In this document: positions 31,834 to 41,628 of the stretch, in pieces
Position numbering within the stretch: position 1 is the stretch's first letter
Layout of the letters: every line of letters starts with the position of its first letter
DNA from: Planctomycetota bacterium
GTDB taxonomy: Bacteria; Planctomycetota; UBA11346
Assembly (NCBI GenBank): GCA_014193115.1
Contig: BJHQ01000003.1
Coordinates: 2,768-66,767 of the forward strand
Direction: 5' to 3'
Length of the DNA: 64,000 bases
The notes under the pieces: generated by a model
Seen by the model: only the letters and a program-made list of their open reading frames with translations
Databases searched by the model: none
Told to the model about the DNA's origin: nothing
Translations under genes and position numbers: made by a program

Positions 31834-33408
31834 TCAGTGCCGGAAATGCCGGGTGCCGGTGAACACCATCGCCAGCCCCAGGCGATCCGCGGCGGCGATC
31901 ACCGCGTCGTCGCCCTTCGATCCGCCAGGCTGGGCGATGGCGGTGACCCCGGCCCGGGCGGCGGTCTCGACCCCGTCGGGAAAGGGGAAGTACGCATCGC
32001 TGGCCAGCACCGCGCCGGTGGCTTTTTCCTTGGCCAGGCTGGCGGCGATCCAGCAGCTGTTGACCCGGCTCATCTGCCCGACTCCGGCGCCGACCAGTTC
32101 GCGGTCCTTCACCAGGCAGATGGCATTGGAGGTCAGGTGCTTGACGATCGGCCAGGCGACCGCGAGGTCGGCAAGCTCAGCGGCGGTCGGGCTGCGTTTC
32201 GACACGGTGGTGATGGTCGCGGGCTCCCAGCCCGGCCGGTCGTAATCCTGCAGCAGCAGTCCGCCCAGGACATTGCGGGCGAAACGGGCTCCGGCCGGAA
32301 TCGCGGTGGCGGCGCCAGCCGCGAGCAGGCGGACGTTGGCCTTCCATTTCGGTTTGGTGGTCAGGATGGCCAGCGCCTCGGGAGTGAATTCGGGCGCGAT
32401 GATGACCTCGACGAATCGGCCTGGATCAGCGATGCGATCGGCGGTTTCGGCATCGACCGGCCGGTTCACGGCGATGATCGAGCCGAACGCCGCCTGGGGA
32501 TCTCCGTCGTAGGCGCGCAGGAAGGCCTCGGCCAGGATCGGGCGCACGGCGCAGCCGCAGGGATTGGTATGCTTGATGATCGCGCAGGCCGGATCAGTGA
32601 ATTCGTTGACCAGGCGCCAGGCCGCGTCGGCGTCCATCAGGTTGTTATAGGACAGTTCTTTTCCATGCAGCTGGCGGCCACGGACGACGCTGGCGGCGCC
32701 GGGCAGACGGCAGTCGTAGAGCGCCGCCCGCTGGTGCGGATTCTCGCCGTAGCGCAGATCCTGGACCTTTCGCAGCGGGATCGCGAGTTGGTCGGGAAAG
32801 GCCTCGTCGGCGGGCAGATCGGCGAGGCGGGCGAGCTCATCGGCGATCAGCGCGTCATAGCGAGCGGTGGCCCGGAACACTGCCCGGGCGCAGGCGGCGC
32901 GGAACGCCAACGTCGTGTCGCCGGCATGGGCGTCGAGTTCGGCAAGACAGCGCGGATAATCGGCGGGATCGGTGAGCACCGTCACGCTAGCGTGGTTCTT
33001 CGCCGCCGAGCGCAGCATGGTCGGCCCGCCGATGTCGATGTTCTCGATCTTGTCGGTGGCGCTGGCCCCGGGCCGGTCGCAGGTGGCCTCGAACGGGTAG
33101 AGATTCACCACCACCAGATCGATCAGGCCGATGCCCTGGGCGGCAGCCTCGGCCAGCTGCCCGGCATCGTCGCGCTTGCACAGCAATCCGCCGTGGATTT
33201 TTGGGTGGAGGGTCTTCAGCCGACCGTCCATCAATTCGGGGAAGCCGGTCCAGGTGGCGACCTCCACCGAAGGAACCCCGGCGGCGGACAAAGCGGCGCG
33301 GGTCCCGCCGGTGGAGAGCAGCTCGACGCCTCTGGCGACCAGGGCGCGGGCGAAGTCGATCAGGCCGGTCTTGTCGGAGACCGAGAGCAGGGCACGGCGG
33401 ATGGGCAT
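31834..33408 (-). CDS. purH: bifunctional AICAR transformylase/IMP cyclohydrolase
   Basis: MPIRRALLSVSDK, IDIGGP, LRYGENPHQ, KHTNPCG, ASDAYFPF and FTGTRHFRH. Confidence 0.97.
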   Translation of the reverse strand: MPIRRALLSVSDKTGLIDFARALVARGVELLSTGGTRAALSAAGVPSVEVATWTGFPELMDGRLKTLHPKIHGGLLCKRDDAGQLAEAAAQGIGLIDLVVVNLYPFEATCDRPGASATDKIENIDIGGPTMLRSAAKNHASVTVLTDPADYPRCLAELDAHAGDTTLAFRAACARAVFRATARYDALIADELARLADLPADEAFPDQLAIPLRKVQDLRYGENPHQRAALYDCRLPGAASVVRGRQLHGKELSYNNLMDADAAWRLVNEFTDPACAIIKHTNPCGCAVRPILAEAFLRAYDGDPQAAFGSIIAVNRPVDAETADRIADPGRFVEVIIAPEFTPEALAILTTKPKWKANVRLLAAGAATAIPAGARFARNVLGGLLLQDYDRPGWEPATITTVSKRSPTAAELADLAVAWPIVKHLTSNAICLVKDRELVGAGVGQMSRVNSCWIAASLAKEKATGAVLASDAYFPFPDGVETAARAGVTAIAQPGGSKGDDAVIAAADRLGLAMVFTGTRHFRH

Positions 33409-33460
33409 TGGCCCGGGATGGTCGCCAGTGGCCTGAACGGTCAATGCGCGCCGGCCCGGC

Positions 33461-34111
33461 TCAGCCGACCGCGGCCAGCCAGGCCCGGGCCATGATCTGA
33501 TGGCCGGCCGGGCTGGGGTGGACGCCGTCGCCGGCCCAGTGGGCGGGCGGGGCCCGGCGGCTGGCTTCGTCGAAGGCGGCCTGGAACGGCACGAACACCG
33601 CCGAGAACTCCTTCGCCAGCTGCCGGACCACCGCCTGGCGCGGGGCGAGATCCTCGAACCAGCCTTGGCCGGCGACCCCGCACGGCAGCAGGAACGGCTC
33701 GCACAGCACCAGCCGGACCTCGGGCAGCCGTTCGCGGGTGTCGGCCAACAGGTGGCGATAGGTGCGCTCGAACCGGACATGGTCGACGCCGCTGTCGCGG
33801 CTGAACGTGTGCCAGGTGTCGTTGATCCCGAGCAGGATGCTGAGCACCGTCGGCTGCAGATTCCAGCCATGCTCCTTGATCCGGGCAGCGAGATCGACGA
33901 TCCGATTGCCGCTGATCCCGAGATTGCGGATGGTCAGGTTCAGCTCCGGGCGATCGGCGGCGAGCTGGGCGGCGATGAATAGCGGATAGCCGTTGCCCAG
34001 GCTGGTGCCGCGCTGGGCGGGATCGGTGTGGGGCGGATCGAAGGCTTTGTCGCGACCGCAGTCGGTGATGGAGTCGCCCTGGAAGAGCACGCGGTCGCCG
34101 GTGGTGAGCAT
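33461..34111 (-). CDS. SGNH/GDSL hydrolase
   Basis: FQGDSITD, GISGN, GIND and DGVHP. Confidence 0.92.
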   Translation of the reverse strand: MLTTGDRVLFQGDSITDCGRDKAFDPPHTDPAQRGTSLGNGYPLFIAAQLAADRPELNLTIRNLGISGNRIVDLAARIKEHGWNLQPTVLSILLGINDTWHTFSRDSGVDHVRFERTYRHLLADTRERLPEVRLVLCEPFLLPCGVAGQGWFEDLAPRQAVVRQLAKEFSAVFVPFQAAFDEASRRAPPAHWAGDGVHPSPAGHQIMARAWLAAVG

Positions 34112-34199
34112 GGCCGCGACGGTGCCGTCGCCGGTGACAGGTCAAGGCGCTGCACTGGCACGGCCTGGCACGGCGCGGCGATGGGCCGAGGCTGACGAC

Positions 34200-34835
34200 A
34201 TGCGCCGTGTCGTCCTGGTCGGGGCCTGGGCGCTGCCTGTGCTGATCGCGATCCTGGTGGGATGGACGCTGCTCGACGACAGTCCGGAGGAACCGGCACC
34301 GAGCGGAGCGGCGGCGATGTTCCGCCATGTCATCCATTGGGGATTGTGGCGAGGCCGAGCGATCGCCGAGGCCGGACCAGGGATCAACGGCATCGCCCGG
34401 GCCGACCTGCGACCGGGGGATGTGCTGCTCTGCCGCACCGTCGGCACCTGCTATGGCACCTACAGCCACGCCGGCGTGGTGGTCGGTAAAGGCCAGGCGC
34501 TGGGCGCCGACATCCTCGCCGGCCTTTTTCTTGAGCCGGTCGATTGGCTGTCGGATTACGACGAGATCACCGTGCTCAGGCCGGGCACGGCGGAACAGGG
34601 CGAACGCGCCGCCGCCGCCGCCCGGGCCCTGGTCGGCCGCCCGTTCGCGCTCCACGCCCATCCCCGTGACCCCGGCCAGTTCAGCTGCGGCAAGGCGGCC
34701 ACCGTGGCCTGGCGCAGCGCCGGAGTTGAACTTGGCAATGGCAGTTTCTGGCCGAGCCCTGACGCCATCGCAGCCGGCGGCCACCCCGTGGCCAGCCGCT
34801 GGGCGAAGCGCGGGATTGGACTGGGCCAGAACTAA
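34200..34835 (+). CDS. permuted NlpC/P60 (YiiX/YebB-like) amidase
   Basis: LRPGDVLL, YSHAGV and FSC (His before Cys); N-terminal TM helix. Confidence 0.7.
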   Translation: MRRVVLVGAWALPVLIAILVGWTLLDDSPEEPAPSGAAAMFRHVIHWGLWRGRAIAEAGPGINGIARADLRPGDVLLCRTVGTCYGTYSHAGVVVGKGQALGADILAGLFLEPVDWLSDYDEITVLRPGTAEQGERAAAAARALVGRPFALHAHPRDPGQFSCGKAATVAWRSAGVELGNGSFWPSPDAIAAGGHPVASRWAKRGIGLGQN

Positions 34836-34894
34836 AAACCGCGTGAAAGGTCATTGAAAATCCATACAGAGAACTGGAGAACTCCATATTGCGC

Positions 34895-35035
34895 TTGGTC
34901 GGCAGGCCCAGAGCATCGCCCGCACTGAGCCCATGCCAGGTCGCGACCATCGTCCGCATCCCGGTTCCGTGACATTTTTATCGGTGTCCCGGAGCGATGC
35001 TTCTGGGTTAAAGGGCCTTGTACTTGCATGACCAA
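34895..35035. ncRNA. candidate structured RNA (long interrupted hairpin)
   Basis: Nested pairings 34895-900/35030-35, 34906-19/34994-35008, 34923-28/34981-86 and 34940-48/34963-73. Confidence 0.4.
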
Positions 35036-35063
35036 TCTCTGCCCGCGCCTCGGTTCCTGACGC

Positions 35064-35546
35064 ATGGATTCTGCCTCAACGTACGCGAACAGAATCCCTG
35101 AGCTGGTCCTGTTCATCGGAATCCAGGCTACCGGGAAGACATCCTTCTTCCGCGAGCAATTCCTGGTCAGCCATGTGCGCATCAGCCTCGATCTGCTGCG
35201 GACCCGGCACCGGGAGGCGCGATTTCTCGCCGTGTGCATTGAGACGCGGATGGATACGGTCGTCGATAATACCAATCCGACGAAAGAGGATCGGATCCGT
35301 TACATCGCCCCGGCCAAGACCGCAGGATTCGCCATCCGCGGCTTCTATTTCCAATCCCGGGCGGGCGAGGCCCTGGCCCGAAATGCACAGAGGGTAGGCA
35401 GAGCCCACGTTCCCGAAGCGGGAATCCTCGGCTGTGCCCGGCGTCTGCAGGTTCCCGATCCCAGCGAGGGGTTTGATGTCCTGCGCCATGTTTCTCTGCT
35501 GCCCGATGGCAGTTTCCTGATCCAGGAGTGGAATGATGGACTTTGA
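35064..35546 (+). CDS. P-loop kinase (AAA_33 / polynucleotide-kinase-like)
   Basis: GIQATGKTSF, ISLDLL and VVDNTN. Confidence 0.85.
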   Translation: MDSASTYANRIPELVLFIGIQATGKTSFFREQFLVSHVRISLDLLRTRHREARFLAVCIETRMDTVVDNTNPTKEDRIRYIAPAKTAGFAIRGFYFQSRAGEALARNAQRVGRAHVPEAGILGCARRLQVPDPSEGFDVLRHVSLLPDGSFLIQEWNDGL

Positions 35547-36312
35547 TGAACTCGACCGCCAGATGCGGATCTTCGAGACCGCGCACGACCACTGCGTCCT
35601 GCCGGGGATCACCATCGTCGCTCGGCTCGACGGGCGTGGGTTCACGAAGCTGACCAAAGAGATCCACCAATTCGAAGCCCCCTTCGACACGCGCTTCCGC
35701 GATCACATGGCAGCGACGGTCGAACATCTGATGGGTATTGGAATGCGGATCATCTACGGTTACACGCAGTCGGACGAGATCAGCCTACTGTTCCATGTCG
35801 CCGATGACTCGTTCAATCGCAAGGAACGCAAGCTGCTGTCCATCCTCGCCGGAGAGGCGAGCGCCGCGTTTTCGCTGCGTTTGGGCTCACCGGGGATCTT
35901 CGACTGCCGAATCTGCCAGCTGCCCGACCGTCGCCAGGTGATCGACTATTTCCGCTGGCGACAGGAGGACGCCCACCGCAACGCTCTCAATGCCCACTGT
36001 TATTGGCTCCAGCGCCGTGAGGGAGCCAAGCCATCGTCCGCTTCGTCCAGGTTAGAGGGGATGTCCGTGGCTGAGAAAAACGAATTTCTCTTTCAGCGTG
36101 GGCTCAATTTTAACGAATTGCCCACCTGGCAGCGCCGAGGCATCGGTGTCCGCTGGTTGCACGTGGTCAAGGAGGGACGGAACCCGATTTCCGGCGAGAC
36201 CGTCCTGACTCAACGTCGCCGTTTGGCGGTCGACCTCGAACTTCCTATGCGCGAGGCTTATGCCGATCTCATTTGCAGCATCCTGGATGCGGAGAGCGGC
36301 AGCCGAACCTGA
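35533..36312 (+). CDS. Thg1-like protein (tRNAHis guanylyltransferase family, 3'-5' polymerase)
   Basis: RLDGRGF, YTQSDEISL, FDCR and YFRWRQEDAHRN. Confidence 0.93.
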   Translation: MMDFDELDRQMRIFETAHDHCVLPGITIVARLDGRGFTKLTKEIHQFEAPFDTRFRDHMAATVEHLMGIGMRIIYGYTQSDEISLLFHVADDSFNRKERKLLSILAGEASAAFSLRLGSPGIFDCRICQLPDRRQVIDYFRWRQEDAHRNALNAHCYWLQRREGAKPSSASSRLEGMSVAEKNEFLFQRGLNFNELPTWQRRGIGVRWLHVVKEGRNPISGETVLTQRRRLAVDLELPMREAYADLICSILDAESGSRT

Positions 36313-36473
36313 TAACATGAGGCTCGATCAGATCCCCTCGGCACGTCGCGCTGCGCTCTTCGCTCGTCATCGGCGAGAACAGCAGCAACGTGGCGATGAG
36401 CTGCCGCTGTGGGTGCATCTGCGCTGGCTGGAAGCGATGACCGAGCCGGAAACCCTGGTCGATCAACCCGGGC

Positions 36474-37475
36474 TCAACCCATCACCAGATCCGCCAGAGC
36501 CGCGATGAACTGTGGATGGTCGTGGACGCCGATCGCCCGGGTCCAACCGAGGCCGAGCGCTGCGGACTGCTCCGCGCCAGCCACGTCGAGGTCGTACAGC
36601 ACTTCGACGTGATCGACCAGGAAACCGAAGGCCTGGGCGATGACCTCGCTGGCGCCGTTGGCTTTGGCCCTGGTCAGCGATTCTGCCAACGTTGGCGACG
36701 ACCACGGCACTGGCGAACGGTCAGGAGCGCTGACGAACGCGACGACGTGGTCCGGGTGGCCGACCAACGCAGCGATGGCTGCGGCATCCGCCTCGACCTG
36801 CCGGCGATAGGGCGTGGCCCGTTCGGCGGGCAGCGGAATGGCGTGGGCGACCAGCAGCAGCGGCGCAGCCGCAAAACGCTCCGGCGACCAGCCGGTCACC
36901 GCGTCGCGAATACGTGCAGCCGCAGCCCGCAGATACCCTGGATTGCCGGTCAGCGCTGGCAGCGCCGGCAAGAACGCCATGCCGAGATCCGCTGCGTCCT
37001 TGGTCGCGTCATCCAGATAGGCCTGCCAACGCGCTCCGGCTTGGTGCGGAGCCAGCACCAGCGGCTGCACCTGGTCGCAGCCGCGCTCGCGCAGGCGCCG
37101 GAGCGCATCCGCCGGCCACGGCGCCCAATGGCGCAGGCCCAGCTCCACCGGCCGCGGCTGGCCGCGCCTGGCCAATTCGGTCTCCAAGGCGCTGGCCTGC
37201 CGCCGGGTCAGCGCGGTGTACGGGCTGAAGCCCTTCGCGACTGAACGATAATGGTCTGCCACCGCCCGGATCCGTGGCAACGATGCGCCGTTTTCGCCAA
37301 TGCCGCCAAGCACGGCGGCGGCGAAACACTCGGCCTCGCAGGCGGGACTCCAGCCGTCGTCGCACTGGAGACGGGCCGGCGGTTTGACGGCAGGCGTGCC
37401 AACGGCGCAGCGTTCCCGGCGACCACAGCAGCCGGGTTCCGGCCCGCCGAATCCGAGCATCAGGACACCGATCAC
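36474..37475 (-). CDS. hemH: ferrochelatase (CpfC/HemH-type)
   Basis: GVLMLGFGGPE, HY...GFSP, LGLRHWAP, AHAIP, PW..P and GFLVDHVEVLYDLD; GTG start with GGGGAG RBS. Confidence 0.85.
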   Translation of the reverse strand: MIGVLMLGFGGPEPGCCGRRERCAVGTPAVKPPARLQCDDGWSPACEAECFAAAVLGGIGENGASLPRIRAVADHYRSVAKGFSPYTALTRRQASALETELARRGQPRPVELGLRHWAPWPADALRRLRERGCDQVQPLVLAPHQAGARWQAYLDDATKDAADLGMAFLPALPALTGNPGYLRAAAARIRDAVTGWSPERFAAAPLLLVAHAIPLPAERATPYRRQVEADAAAIAALVGHPDHVVAFVSAPDRSPVPWSSPTLAESLTRAKANGASEVIAQAFGFLVDHVEVLYDLDVAGAEQSAALGLGWTRAIGVHDHPQFIAALADLVMG

Positions 37476-37547
37476 GCCGTTGTCTCCCCGGGCGCCCAAG
37501 ACTCCGACAGCGGACAGTCCCTGAACGTCGCGGTCATAGCCAGCGGT

Positions 37548-38513
37548 TCACCAACGGTCCAGGTCGCCATGCACAGAACGCCGGGTTGGCAGATCGACAA
37601 CGGTACCCGCATCGACCGTGCCGGTGACCTGCGATGAAATGGCCGAGATGACGTTGAGCCCGGCGCGGGTCCAGGTGACGACCTCGCCGCTGGCCAAGGT
37701 CACGACCCAACTGGAATTGCCGGCGTTGGTGGAGACGAGATTGAAGGTGTTGGGCTGGCCCGAGCTGCGGGTGAGCACCTGTTCAAGACGGCGATTACCT
37801 GCCAGCGACCAGGACGTGGTGGTCCGATCGCGGACCACCGTGCCGATGCACGACAGGCTCGTGCCCGGCACGGCCGGCCCGACGGTGGTGACCACGGTCA
37901 TCGTCTGGGTGGTGGGCGTTGGCCCACTGTCCTTCGACCAGGTCAGATCGAGATTGACGATAATGGTGCCGGAATTGATGGAGGCGACGGCGCCGCTCGC
38001 TGGGTCGGTGTAGCTCGCGGAGAGCGGACTGGTCCCCGAGAACGAGATGGTGAGCAGCGCCTTGCCCGTGCCACTGGTGCCGGACGGCCAGCTCGGCACG
38101 AACAGCTCCTTGTCGGCAGAAAGTCGGAAGGAGCCGGTGGCGTCCGGGAACGTATCGCCGCTGGCGCCGAGGAAATCGAGACTGACATCAACCGGCGTGG
38201 TCGTTGCCTGGCGCAGACCGGCCGCCCGAATGACGACGTTCCCGTCGGTCCCCCGGCGGATGATATCGTTTGCTGCCGCTTGGATCAGGGTCGACACCAA
38301 TCCCGCGACCGCGGCGGTCGTCTGCAGGCTGGCGGTTGGAGTCGGGCTGGGGTCCGGGATGTCGGGGATGCCGGTGGTGGCGTCGAGCGGCTGGGGGTCG
38401 CCACAGCCAGTGAGGGCAATGGCCAGAGCAAAAGCGACCAGACGGCACCCATCAAGCAAACAGCGCGTGGCGGGAGTCGAGGACGGTTCAGGCCGGAGAC
38501 AAGGAAGGGCCAT
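37548..38513 (-). CDS. beta-rich lipoprotein (start uncertain)
   Basis: Lipobox LTGC; paralogous to 38630-39619. Confidence 0.65.
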   Translation of the reverse strand: MALPCLRPEPSSTPATRCLLDGCRLVAFALAIALTGCGDPQPLDATTGIPDIPDPSPTPTASLQTTAAVAGLVSTLIQAAANDIIRRGTDGNVVIRAAGLRQATTTPVDVSLDFLGASGDTFPDATGSFRLSADKELFVPSWPSGTSGTGKALLTISFSGTSPLSASYTDPASGAVASINSGTIIVNLDLTWSKDSGPTPTTQTMTVVTTVGPAVPGTSLSCIGTVVRDRTTTSWSLAGNRRLEQVLTRSSGQPNTFNLVSTNAGNSSWVVTLASGEVVTWTRAGLNVISAISSQVTGTVDAGTVVDLPTRRSVHGDLDRW

Positions 38514-38629
38514 GCAGGATGCTCCGGCCATTCGACGCCGAGGCGATAGCCCTGGTTCCGAGCCGGGCCGAGACGTGCATCGGACCGAATTTGCAGTAAT
38601 CTCATCCAACCAACCCCAAGGACCCGGCC

Positions 38630-39619
38630 ATGTTCCCACCCGCCTCGAGCATCTCTACCTTCTCCGGCCTCGTGGCCGTTGCGAGCGCAACCCTGATCCT
38701 TGCCGGGTGCTCCCCGTCCGACAATAAGATCAGCAGCAGCCTGAGCTCACAGGAGATCGGCATCCAATCGTCCGCGGCCGGCAACCTAGCGGTGAACCAA
38801 GGTATCGAGTCCTCGGTCGATGCCCTGATCGCCGACGCCACCGGTGGCGATTCCCGGCGCGGAACTGCGGTCGGCGCGCCGGTGGTCCTGGTGGTCGATG
38901 TCGCGACCCTCAAGAAACCCGATGGATCGGCCAAGTTTCCGAACGCCTCCGGCAAGTTCACCGTGACTGCCGATGGCGCCATCGTGAACAGCTGGCCGAC
39001 GGCCGTCGTGACCACCGGCACCTCAACCGTGTCGGTGGATTTCAGCCAGCCGGCGGGTTCGCCGCTGACCATCAATGATCCGACCAGCGGCATCCGGGCG
39101 GTGATCGCCACGGGCACCATCTCCTTGTCGGTGGCCAGCAGCTACACCTATACCGGCGTCGGCAACTGGACGCTCAACGTCGATACCACCGCGGTCATCC
39201 CGCCGTCGCTCGGGTGCTCGTTGACCAAGGGCGGTGCCACCACCACCACCCAGCTGACCGGCAACCGCCAGGTCCAAACCACCTTGACCAGGGCGACCCT
39301 CGCCGCACCGCTGAGCAGCACCTTGACGGTGCGCCGGGTCATCAAAGGCACGGCGACCAATCCCCGTGATGCCACCGAGACCAACAAGTTCACCCAGTGG
39401 ACGACCACCGCCACCACTGCCGGGGTGACCGATACGGTGATCTGGAACCGCAACGCCGATTTCTCGGTGACCTACGACCTGATTGGTGCGACCTCGATTG
39501 CCGGAGCGACCAGCGACCGGATTTTTGTCACGTATAACGGCATCGTGGTCGGACCGTACACCGCGGCCCAGATCGCCAGCCGGTTCTCAACCGCCTTGCA
39601 GGATCCGTCGGCGTTCTGA
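38630..39619 (+). CDS. beta-rich lipoprotein
   Basis: AAGGA RBS and lipobox LAGC; T/S-rich. Confidence 0.75.
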   Translation: MFPPASSISTFSGLVAVASATLILAGCSPSDNKISSSLSSQEIGIQSSAAGNLAVNQGIESSVDALIADATGGDSRRGTAVGAPVVLVVDVATLKKPDGSAKFPNASGKFTVTADGAIVNSWPTAVVTTGTSTVSVDFSQPAGSPLTINDPTSGIRAVIATGTISLSVASSYTYTGVGNWTLNVDTTAVIPPSLGCSLTKGGATTTTQLTGNRQVQTTLTRATLAAPLSSTLTVRRVIKGTATNPRDATETNKFTQWTTTATTAGVTDTVIWNRNADFSVTYDLIGATSIAGATSDRIFVTYNGIVVGPYTAAQIASRFSTALQDPSAF

Positions 39620-39737
39620 GCCACCAGGCACAAGCACCCCGGGCGCCGTCGCGCCTGGGGGCTTGGCCGGCCTTTGGCGCGGTCCTCACTCGAACCAGTA
39701 TGCCTCTCCGGAAACGAGTGGCCTCGCGCAAAACCGG

Positions 39738-39877
39738 GGCGGCGATGCCCTCGTCGCCGGAATTGCTCGGAGCGCGAAACTATTCTTAAAGCCAAACCAA
39801 CGGCCACGGTCTGACCAGACCGCTCACGGGACTACCGTCGCGCCGGCGATGAGGGCATCGCCGCTCCGAAACGCGCG
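39738..39877. repeat. inverted pair of family A REP-like elements
   Basis: GGCGGCGATGCCCTCGTCGCCGG ... CCGGCGATGAGGGCATCGCCGCTCCGAAACGCGCG. Confidence 0.7.
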
Positions 39878-39896
39878 CACTGTAGTGCGTGCGTGC

Positions 39897-40319
39897 TTAC
39901 TTGACCGGATCGACCAGCTTGCCGGCGACGATGATCTTGCCGGTGCGGGCGGCCTTGATCCACAGATCCTTGCTCGGCTTGTCGGCAGCGGCGAATTTCT
40001 TGCGCGCCTCGTTGTTGGCGAAACCGATGTAGATTTTCAGCGGCTTCTTGGTCTTCTCGTCATAGACCGTGACCTCGGCCATCTCGATCTCGGGGGAGAT
40101 CTTCTTGCCGGTCAAACAGCAATACAGGTTCACCGCATCAGGCTTCTTGTTGTCCTTATTGGTCGATGGGCCATCGACATGGGCGCCGCTCCCTGAGGCG
40201 GCGTCGCTGTTGGCGTTGCCATCCTCTGAAACTGCATCAACCGCAGGCAAGGCGGTGAGCAGGGCGGCCAGGACGATGGCGGAGCGCAGGAGAGTGACCA
40301 TGGATGCCACCATGCGCAT
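39897..40319 (-). CDS. small exported protein (YHS/TRASH-like, weak)
   Basis: Signal peptide; AVNLYCCLTGKKI...IGF. Confidence 0.55.
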   Translation of the reverse strand: MRMVASMVTLLRSAIVLAALLTALPAVDAVSEDGNANSDAASGSGAHVDGPSTNKDNKKPDAVNLYCCLTGKKISPEIEMAEVTVYDEKTKKPLKIYIGFANNEARKKFAAADKPSKDLWIKAARTGKIIVAGKLVDPVK

Positions 40320-40388
40320 GGGTCATTCCAGGCAATCGCTGACCGGTGGGAGATTGCTCGCCGGCTGAGCCACCCCAGCCTGCTCCCG

Positions 40389-41144
40389 ATGCCCAGTCGC
40401 AGCGTGGTGCCGGTCAGCGTCGCTCTCATCGTCCGTGACGAGGCAGACCGCATCGGACCAGCCCTGGCCAGTGTCGCCTGGGCTGACGAGGTGGTGGTCC
40501 TCGATTCCGGCTCCACCGACCAGACCTGCGCCATCGCCGCAGCCAGCGGCGCACGGGTGGTGGTCGAGCCCTGGCGCGGGTATGGCGCGATGAAGAACCG
40601 GGCTGCCGAAGTGTGCCAGCACGACCGCATTCTCAGCTTGGATGCTGACGAACGGGTGGACCCGGACCTGGCCGCATCCATCCAGGCGCTGCCGGCGGAC
40701 GCGCCAGCCGCGGCCTGGCGGGTCCGCCGCCGCAACCACGTCGCCGGTCGGGCGATCCGCCATTGGCCCTGGGCCTGGGATCGCCAGATCCGGGTGTATG
40801 ATCGCCGCCGGGCCCGGTTCGTCGCCGCCGCAGTCCACGAATCGGTGTGCGCTGACGGCCCGGTCGCGGATCTGCCGGGCATCCTCGACCACCTGACCTA
40901 TCGCGACTGGCAGGACGGAGTTGACCGCAATCGCCGCTACGCCGAGCTCTGGGCGTCAGCTGAACGCGCTCAGGCCCGGCCCTCGCGCTGGGTCGATCGG
41001 AAGATCCGCCCGGCGGTCGCGTTTTGGAGGCATCTTCTGATCCGCGGCCACCTGTTGTCGGGTCGCGATGGATGGCGGTGGTCGCAGCTGACCGCGGAGT
41101 ATGTGCGCTGGAAATACGAACTTCTCGCGGAGCCCCAGGGCTGA
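40389..41144 (+). CDS. glycosyltransferase family 2
   Basis: DEVVVLDSGSTD and LSLDADE. Confidence 0.9.
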   Translation: MPSRSVVPVSVALIVRDEADRIGPALASVAWADEVVVLDSGSTDQTCAIAAASGARVVVEPWRGYGAMKNRAAEVCQHDRILSLDADERVDPDLAASIQALPADAPAAAWRVRRRNHVAGRAIRHWPWAWDRQIRVYDRRRARFVAAAVHESVCADGPVADLPGILDHLTYRDWQDGVDRNRRYAELWASAERAQARPSRWVDRKIRPAVAFWRHLLIRGHLLSGRDGWRWSQLTAEYVRWKYELLAEPQG

Positions 41145-41191
41145 GCCGCGGGTGGGCCTTGCCACGCAGCGGCTTGGCTCAGCGTTCCGCC

Positions 41192-41533
41192 ATGCCGGTC
41201 GCGGTCCCCGAATGCGAGCCCGCGGTGCTGCCTGGGGTGAAGACAGGGAGCCCGGCACCGCGCACCATGCGACCGTGGAACGTGGTGCTGCTCAATGACG
41301 ACGATCACAGCTATGACTACGTGATCGAGATGCTCCAGGCGGTGTTCGGCCACAGCGTCGAGCTGGCGTTTTTGTTCGCCGTCGAAGTCGACACCACCGG
41401 CCGGGTGATCGTCGACACCACGACCAAGGAACGCGCCGAGCTGAAACAGGAGCAGATCCACGCCTATGGCCCGGATCCCTTGATCCCGCGCTGCGCCGGA
41501 TCGATGACCGCGATCATCGAACCGGCGGAATAG
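41192..41533 (+). CDS. clpS: Clp protease adaptor ClpS
   Basis: WNVVLLNDDDHSYDYVIEML and IIEPA. Confidence 0.9.
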   Translation: MPVAVPECEPAVLPGVKTGSPAPRTMRPWNVVLLNDDDHSYDYVIEMLQAVFGHSVELAFLFAVEVDTTGRVIVDTTTKERAELKQEQIHAYGPDPLIPRCAGSMTAIIEPAE

Positions 41534-41628
41534 GTCCTGATCCGCACGTCCGAGGGCGACCGGACCACGGCAAGCAGGGCGCTGCGCCCGGGTTGCAGCC
41601 GGCACCGGTGCGGCAACCGTGACCAGCC

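Noticed and set aside
33409..33870. purH N-terminal extension
   Set aside because: It overlaps the SGNH gene; the canonical PurH start is 33408.
34155..34182. TGGCACGGC direct repeat as a sigma54 promoter
   Set aside because: The GG-N10-GC spacing is not satisfied.
36317..36508. small ORF after the Thg1-like gene (MRLDQIPSARR...)
   Set aside because: It starts 4 nt after the stop and could be real, but it has no recognisable motif and overlaps the hemH end. Not supportable.
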